Shown: piece by piece, positions 19,322 through 24,000 of the stretch
Position numbering within the stretch: the stretch's first letter is position 1
How the letters are laid out: the number at the start of each line of letters is the position of its first letter
Assembly (NCBI RefSeq): GCF_032382315.1
Contig: NZ_CP135671.1
Strand: one strand, 5' to 3'
Origin: Escherichia coli
Lineage (GTDB): Bacteria > Pseudomonadota > Gammaproteobacteria > Enterobacterales > Enterobacteriaceae
DNA length: 24,000 nucleotides
Notes under the pieces: model-generated
What the model was told of the DNA's origin: nothing
The model's database searches: none
The model's input: the letters and a program-made list of their open reading frames with translations, nothing else
Program-made: the position numbers and the translations under genes

Positions 19322-19348
19322 GATCGTATCGATCGATAAAATCGATCG
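19322..19348. promoter_or_regulatory. GATC cluster with inverted repeat upstream of the Tia/Hek-like gene
   Basis: GATCGTATCGATCGATAAAATCGATCG: three Dam sites (19322, 19331, 19344) and perfect 8-bp inverted repeat CGATCGAT-AAA-ATCGATCG (19330-19348), 86-112 bp upstream of the start codon. Confidence 0.5.
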
Positions 19349-19550
19349 TTAAGCAGAAAAAAGATTTATCGTCAGCGAAGATTTGTTTATGGAAATGAGT
19401 GAAAAACGGGTTAAAAAACAGACTGTGCTGCTCATGTGAAACGGGAAGTGACGGGATAAGAAGTTATGTGAGGATTGTTACGGGAAATGCTGTTTTACGT
19501 TGTTAAAATGTAACTCCGCAATGAAACTATTCCCTGTGGAGGTCCTGTAA

Positions 19551-19904
19551 ATGAACAAAGCACTCTCTTCCATTCTGCTCATCTTCGGTATCTGTACATC
19601 ATCACTGGCCGCTGAAAAAAACAGAACCGTCAGTTTTCCACGATGTGAAGGGCAGGAAGCATCGACTGTTGCAGCCAGCGTAAAACGGGACTATCTCCAG
19701 AAACAGGTGCTTCAGTGGAAAGATGACCAGGAAATTCTCGGTCAGCTGCGCCCCGTTGTCTGGGTGAATCTTCGTGAGCCGGTAAATAAAGGTGATAATG
19801 TCATCACGGTGCATCTCACTGCCCGTGGAAAGAAAGCAGATATTCAGTATCGTGTGCGCGTTGACTGTAAGAACGGAAGTGCTACCTGGCAACGCCAGGG
19901 ATGA
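19551..19904 (+). CDS. YebF-like secreted protein (117 aa)
   Basis: Signal peptide [21 protein letters not shown]; body [49 protein letters not shown]...[19 protein letters not shown] closely follows YebF ([48 protein letters not shown]...VRGKSADIHYQVSVDCKAG), both cysteines kept. Confidence 0.88.
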   Translation: [117 protein letters not shown]

Positions 19905-19950
19905 ACGGGTGAAGTTGAATACAGAGCCCGAACGAACAGGCTCTCCATAC

Positions 19951-20523
19951 TCATCGTATATAACTGAATGCGGTGATGACGTGTTTCACCCCCGCCACGC
20001 GACTGGCGATATCAGCAGCAGCCTGTCCTTCCTTCTCTGTAACTCTCCCCATAAGAAAGACTTCACCATTCTCCGTCAGTACCTTTACATCTGACAGTTT
20101 CACCCTGCTGCTCTTCAGTAACTGTGCCCGGATTTTTGTGGTCAGCCACGCATCAGTAGCTGTTTTATCAGCCCGAAGTGGTTTTCCCGTCCTTATTTCA
20201 TTCCATACCTGCACAGTCCCCTCAACACCATCTGCAATCTGACGGGCTTTTTCACCTGCACTACGGTCTGGTGCCTGCCCTGTCAGCAGTACAGTGCCCT
20301 GGTATGCTGTGACGATGATTCGCGCATCCCCCCTGAGTTGTGAGTCCTTCGACAGCGCACGGCTGACCCTTGCTTCCAGAATTTCATCATCAATCTGCGT
20401 TCCCGCACTTCGGGGGTCCACTGACACTTTAGTACCCACAGCAGCCGTACCGACCAGCGCAGCGGCAACACAACCCTGTAACAGCAACAGAGTCGAAAGA
20501 AAAGGCAGAAACCAGCGTTGCAT
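19951..20523 (-). CDS. DolP/YraP-like dual BON-domain lipoprotein (190 aa)
   Basis: Lipobox LLLQGC; CVAAALVGTAAVGTKVSVDPRSAGTQIDDEILEARVSRALSKDSQL...ARIIVTAYQGTVLLTGQ...VWNEIRTGKP...TDAWLTTKIRAQLL...VKVLTENGEVFLMGRVTEKEGQAAADIASRVAGVKHVITAFSYI. Confidence 0.9.
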   Translation of the reverse strand: MQRWFLPFLSTLLLLQGCVAAALVGTAAVGTKVSVDPRSAGTQIDDEILEARVSRALSKDSQLRGDARIIVTAYQGTVLLTGQAPDRSAGEKARQIADGVEGTVQVWNEIRTGKPLRADKTATDAWLTTKIRAQLLKSSRVKLSDVKVLTENGEVFLMGRVTEKEGQAAADIASRVAGVKHVITAFSYIR

Positions 20524-20846
20524 GGCAGAATCCTCCACGGTCTGATATCCGGAATTTCGCAGTATGACGGCAGGAATCAGCCATCACAGATACCACAAGC
20601 TTCAGAGAGTAACGAAAACGTTAAAGGAAACGGAAGTGCCTGAATGTAAAGAACGGGGAACCACACAGGGTATGGACAAACATAATAACAATAACAGGAT
20701 GAAAATATTGAATAAAAAATAAAAACCGAGACATCATCATTTGCAGTAATAGCCACCTCCTTACCGAAAAGTGTGAGTTGCCGGACATTTTTTAAACGCA
20801 TGATAAGGTCTGATGATACAGTCACCCTGCAACCAGGAGGTACATC

Positions 20847-21140
20847 ATGCGTATACGTGTTTTTGGTTACCGGCACTGCCCTTCAGTCCATCGCATCATG
20901 CATCACGCAACGCGAATCCCCGATGAAATGGAACCGGATGTTGTGTTTATTGATGTCGCGAAGCACAGTGTGACGCTGCGGGATATGGCTGACCGTGCAG
21001 GCTGCCCGGTGGATAACTTCCCGTGTGTGTTTGTTGATGATGTCTATCTGGAGCCCCTCCACCAGAACCGGGCAAACCGCACTTTACATACTGCTGAATA
21101 TTTATTACCGGATATGGACAATCGCTTTCATTCGGGATAA
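20847..21140 (+). CDS. Small protein with possible thioredoxin/glutaredoxin-like fold (97 aa)
   Basis: AGGAGG SD 6 nt before ATG; beta-alpha pattern MRIRVFGYRHCPSVHRIM...PDVVFIDVA...NFPCVFVDDVYLEPL with candidate cis-Pro FPCVFVDD; only one Cys at CPSV so redox activity uncertain. Confidence 0.5.
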   Translation: MRIRVFGYRHCPSVHRIMHHATRIPDEMEPDVVFIDVAKHSVTLRDMADRAGCPVDNFPCVFVDDVYLEPLHQNRANRTLHTAEYLLPDMDNRFHSG

Positions 21141-21264
21141 AAAATACTGCGCGTTCCTGGTTTATTTTGCGTTGCTGTCATGACGTGTTTGCCTTCATTG
21201 CCGGGATCGCGCACTTTTTGTTATAACTCCCCGGAGGACACTGTCTGTAATCAGATGGAAACCT

Positions 21265-21699
21265 TTATCTCAGTGATGTCCTGGTTAATACAGAATACTG
21301 CCCCGGACCAAGTAACATAATGGCAATCCCCCCCATGAAATACAGCATTTCATTTTCAAGCCCCCACGCCCCTACTTCAGTCAGTGTGAAAAACTTCCCT
21401 GTTCCGACCAGAAGCGTGGCAACAATCAGTGTCAGCGCATAAATCAGAGCAGCAGGTCTGGTAAATATCCCAAGAATGATAAGTACCGGAGCCACGATTT
21501 CACCAATATACACACCATAGGCAATAAATCCTGGCAAACCAGCATCCTGCAACATTGATATAATCCAGTTGACACCGTGCTCTATTTTGGCCACACCATG
21601 GAACAGCATCAATATACCAAATGTCAGTCTCAGCAACAGAAGACCTGTATCCGGGTAGTCTGTCAGTCTGGTAAAGAACATATTTATTCTTGCTGGCAT
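21265..21699 (-). CDS. DoxX-family inner membrane protein (144 aa)
   Basis: TGLLLLRLTFGILMLFHGVAKIEHGVNWI...GLPGFIAYGVYIGEIVAPVLIILGIFTRPAALIYALTLIVATLLV...GLENEMLYFMGGIAIMLLGPGQYSV, DoxX signature and 4 TM segments. Confidence 0.88.
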   Translation of the reverse strand: MPARINMFFTRLTDYPDTGLLLLRLTFGILMLFHGVAKIEHGVNWIISMLQDAGLPGFIAYGVYIGEIVAPVLIILGIFTRPAALIYALTLIVATLLVGTGKFFTLTEVGAWGLENEMLYFMGGIAIMLLGPGQYSVLTRTSLR

Positions 21700-22094
21700 A
21701 AAAAACCTCGTTAAACGATAACAGATAATGAAGAAACTATTATCGTTGAGTCGACACCATCAATTGACCAGATATTTCTGACATTCATAATCAAAAAATT
21801 TGACAAAACTGTAAACGTTCGCTTTTTATACCAACACAGAATCCACTCAGTCACACAACCTGTATGCGTCATTTCCTGCTGTTATTTAAAAAATTTCTCA
21901 CGTAACAGACATTTCAAAAAAACACTAAAAAATACCAGAACAATTAAGATAATATTACGATCAAATAAGTAAAAGTCTTTTGTCTGTTATTTTTATTTTC
22001 TGTGATTACTGTCATTCTTTCACCACTTTAATTAACATCGCATAATAATCCGGGAGGTGGATAAGATATGAAAATTAACTATCCTTTACTGGCG

Positions 22095-22493
22095 CTGGCG
22101 TTGAATTATTACCTGTAGAGCTCACTCCGGATGAGCAGAAAGAACCGATGGTGGCTCTTACTCCACTTTTATCCACTCCTTCACACAGCACTGTCAGTGC
22201 AGGTGCCTGAAAGATCTCGTTCCGTCACGGTAAAATGACGCTGGAAAATTCTTCACCAGAACTGCTCACTGTGTTAATTCGTGAACTGACCTGGGGGGAA
22301 TGCGTGGTACCCTGCTGTACGGACTAATCGGAACCTGTCGGTTGAACGGTATCGATCCGGAAGCGTATCTGCGCCATATCCTGAACGTTCTACCGGAATG
22401 GCCTTCCTGCATGGTTGATGAACTCCTGCCATGGAATATGGTGCTCCCATTGGGGTAAGCGTCAATACGGCGTTCGCTTAACTTAACACTTAC
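22095..22493 (+). mobile_element. Internally deleted IS66-family element (TnpA C-terminus fused to TnpC C-terminus plus right end)
   Basis: GVELLPVELTPDEQKEPMVALTPLLSTPSHSTVSA then, after a frame change, FRHGKMTLENSSPELLTVLIRELT, then YGLIGTCRLNGIDPEAYLRHILNVLPEWPSCMVDELLPWNMVLP*, followed by GTAAGCG...CACTTAC end-like sequence. Confidence 0.75.
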
Positions 22494-22581
22494 TTTCAAA
22501 GCCTGATATCTGTCCTACGCTTTTCCTCAATACCACATCGCCAGCAGGAAACAACCTAATGCCTGTGTTGGGGTCTGAATT

Positions 22582-22600
22582 ACTAATGATAATCATTTGC
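22582..22600. promoter_or_regulatory. Fur box upstream of sitA
   Basis: ACTAATGATAATCATTTGC contains palindrome AATGATAATCATT, core of consensus GATAATGATAATCATTATC. Confidence 0.8.
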
Positions 22601-22624
22601 ATTGTGTATAGCTTATGCTATAAA
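22597..22624 (+). promoter_or_regulatory. Probable sitA promoter (-35 TTGCAT, 16 bp, -10 TATAAA)
   Basis: TTGCAT at 22597-22602, TATAAA at 22619-22624; overlaps Fur and MntR operators. Confidence 0.6.
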
Positions 22625-22644
22625 ACATAGCCGTTGCTATGTTT
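22623..22644. promoter_or_regulatory. MntR operator upstream of sitA
   Basis: AAACATAGC-CGTT-GCTATGTTT, perfect 9-bp arm inverted repeat matching the enterobacterial MntR box form. Confidence 0.8.
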
Positions 22645-22676
22645 GTTCTAATTTTACTCACTATAGGTACTGAATT

Positions 22677-23591
22677 ATGCACTCAATAAAAAAAGTAACC
22701 ATGCTCCTGGGGTGCCTCGCCCTCACCTGCTCGATAGCATTTCAGGCGAGTGCAACTGAAAAATTCAAGGTCATTACAACATTTACCATCATCGCAGATA
22801 TGGCCAAAAACGTGGCTGGAGATGCTGCAGAAGTCTCATCCATAACCAGGCCCGGTGCAGAAATTCATGAGTATCAGCCTACCCCTGGCGATATTAAACG
22901 TGCGCAGGGGGCACAACTGATTCTCGCCAACGGTATGAATCTGGAATTGTGGTTCCAGCGCTTTTACCAGCATCTCAGTGGGGTTCCAGAAGTGATTGTC
23001 TCTTCGGGTGTGACGCCAGTAGGGATCACCGAAGGCCCCTACGAGGGAAAACCTAACCCTCATGCCTGGATGTCGCCAGATAATGCTTTGATTTACGTCG
23101 ATAATATTCGTGATGCGTTGATAAAATACGATCCGGCAAATGCAAAAACATACCAACGTAATGCCGATACTTATAAAGCCAAGATTACCCAAACCCTTGC
23201 CCCCCTGCGTAAGCAGATTGCTGAACTCCCTGAGAATAAAAGATGGATGGTCACCAGTGAAGGGGCTTTTTCTTATCTCGCACGCGATTTGGGGCTAAAA
23301 GAGCTTTATCTGTGGCCGATAAATGCCGATCAACAAGGAACACCCCAGCAGGTACGTAAAGTGGTTGATATAGTGAAGAAAAATAATATCCCAGCGGTAT
23401 TTAGTGAGAGTACGGTTTCCGATAAACCAGCGCGTCAGGTTGCGCGTGAAACCGGCGCACACTACGGCGGTGTGCTCTATGTCGATTCCCTGAGCACAGA
23501 AAACGGCCCGGTACCTACGTATATCGACCTTCTGAAGGTTACTACCAGTACGCTGGTGCAGGGAATTAAAGCCGGGAAAAGGGAGAAGTAA
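22677..23591 (+). CDS. sitA: Iron/manganese ABC transporter periplasmic binding protein
   Basis: 304 aa, signal peptide MHSIKKVTMLLGCLALTCSIAFQASA; metal-site regions GAEIHEYQPTPGD, NPHAWMSPDNALIYVDNI, VYSES-like VFSESTVSDKPA, YVDSLS; matches SitA. Confidence 0.94.
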   Translation: MHSIKKVTMLLGCLALTCSIAFQASATEKFKVITTFTIIADMAKNVAGDAAEVSSITRPGAEIHEYQPTPGDIKRAQGAQLILANGMNLELWFQRFYQHLSGVPEVIVSSGVTPVGITEGPYEGKPNPHAWMSPDNALIYVDNIRDALIKYDPANAKTYQRNADTYKAKITQTLAPLRKQIAELPENKRWMVTSEGAFSYLARDLGLKELYLWPINADQQGTPQQVRKVVDIVKKNNIPAVFSESTVSDKPARQVARETGAHYGGVLYVDSLSTENGPVPTYIDLLKVTTSTLVQGIKAGKREK

Positions 23592-23754
23592 TGATGCAAT
23601 CTGCGGGTATTGTCGTTAATGGCGTTACTGTCACCTAGCGAAACGGGCAGAAAGCACTGCGCGATGCATCCTTCACAGTACCAGGCGGATCTATTGCCGC
23701 TCTGCTTGGGGTAAACGGTTCCGGTGAAATCGTCTTGACACGTTTCTGGGCTCG
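23591..23754 (+). pseudogene. sitB: sitB (ATPase) remnant: nonsense codon and truncation within Walker A
   Basis: MMQSAGIVVNGVTVT*RNGQKALRDASFTVPGGSIAALLGVNGSG then diverges (expected GKST replaced by GEIVLT...); TAG at 23636-23638; rest of ATPase absent from the window. Confidence 0.88.
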
Positions 23755-24000
23755 TCATCAGCGGTTGTTGCTAATGATCGCCGCCCTGCGATGGTTGATT
23801 TATTTTATTGCGCCCCGGCGTCTGCCTTGCCAGGTACCGGAGGCGGGCTCTGAAGGACTGAGTAGGGTGAGCGCGTCAGGCCGCGAAGTACTGACACGGG
23901 AGTTTGTGGCAGGCAGTGAAGTCCTGACCAGGGTAAGGGAGGCGCTGACGTGCAGGTCCTGACTGTCAGCCAGGCGCATGGTGACTGACTTTCTCAATAA

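Noticed and set aside
20577-20876. 99-aa minus-strand ORF overlapping the start of the 97-aa thioredoxin-like gene
   Set aside because: C-terminal half is low-complexity (IFYSIFSSCYCYYVCPYPVWFPV) over AT-rich intergenic DNA. A decayed gene is possible but not supported.
22266-22499. Minus-strand ORFs in 22.2-22.5 kb
   Set aside because: Antisense to the IS66 TnpC C-terminal remnant, which has clear family motifs on the plus strand.
13000-24000. CRISPR array, tRNA, retron or restriction-modification system in the island
   Set aside because: No regularly spaced direct repeats, cloverleaf-ending CCA segments, reverse transcriptase (YADD) or methyltransferase/endonuclease motifs were seen in any reading frame examined.

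Overview
This window is Escherichia coli-type chromosome (genus/species inferred from protein and RNA sequences recalled from the family) running rpiA(3' end)-serA-ibsC/SibC-fau-6S RNA-zapA-ygfB-pepP-ubiH-ubiI-gcvT-gcvH-gcvP up to about 13.0 kb. From about 13.05 kb to the end it is a mosaic genomic island. The island starts with a P4-type tyrosine integrase and carries: a TPR protein; an ISAs1-family fragment; an IS630-family C-terminal relic; a minus-strand cluster (117-aa protein, Zn-ribbon miniprotein, EcsC-family protein); a Tia/Hek/Hra1-family outer-membrane beta-barrel with a cluster of GATC sites upstream; a YebF-like secreted protein; a DolP/YraP-like BON lipoprotein; a small thioredoxin-fold-like protein; a DoxX-family membrane protein; an internally deleted IS66-family remnant; and an orphan sitA with apparently intact Fur and MntR operators followed by a wrecked sitB. 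The best candidates for new biology are the EcsC/Zn-ribbon/small-protein cluster, the possible Dam-dependent switch upstream of the Tia/Hek-like gene, the island copies of envelope genes (YebF, DolP), and integration at an intergenic hairpin repeat instead of a tRNA. None of these can be proven from sequence inspection alone.
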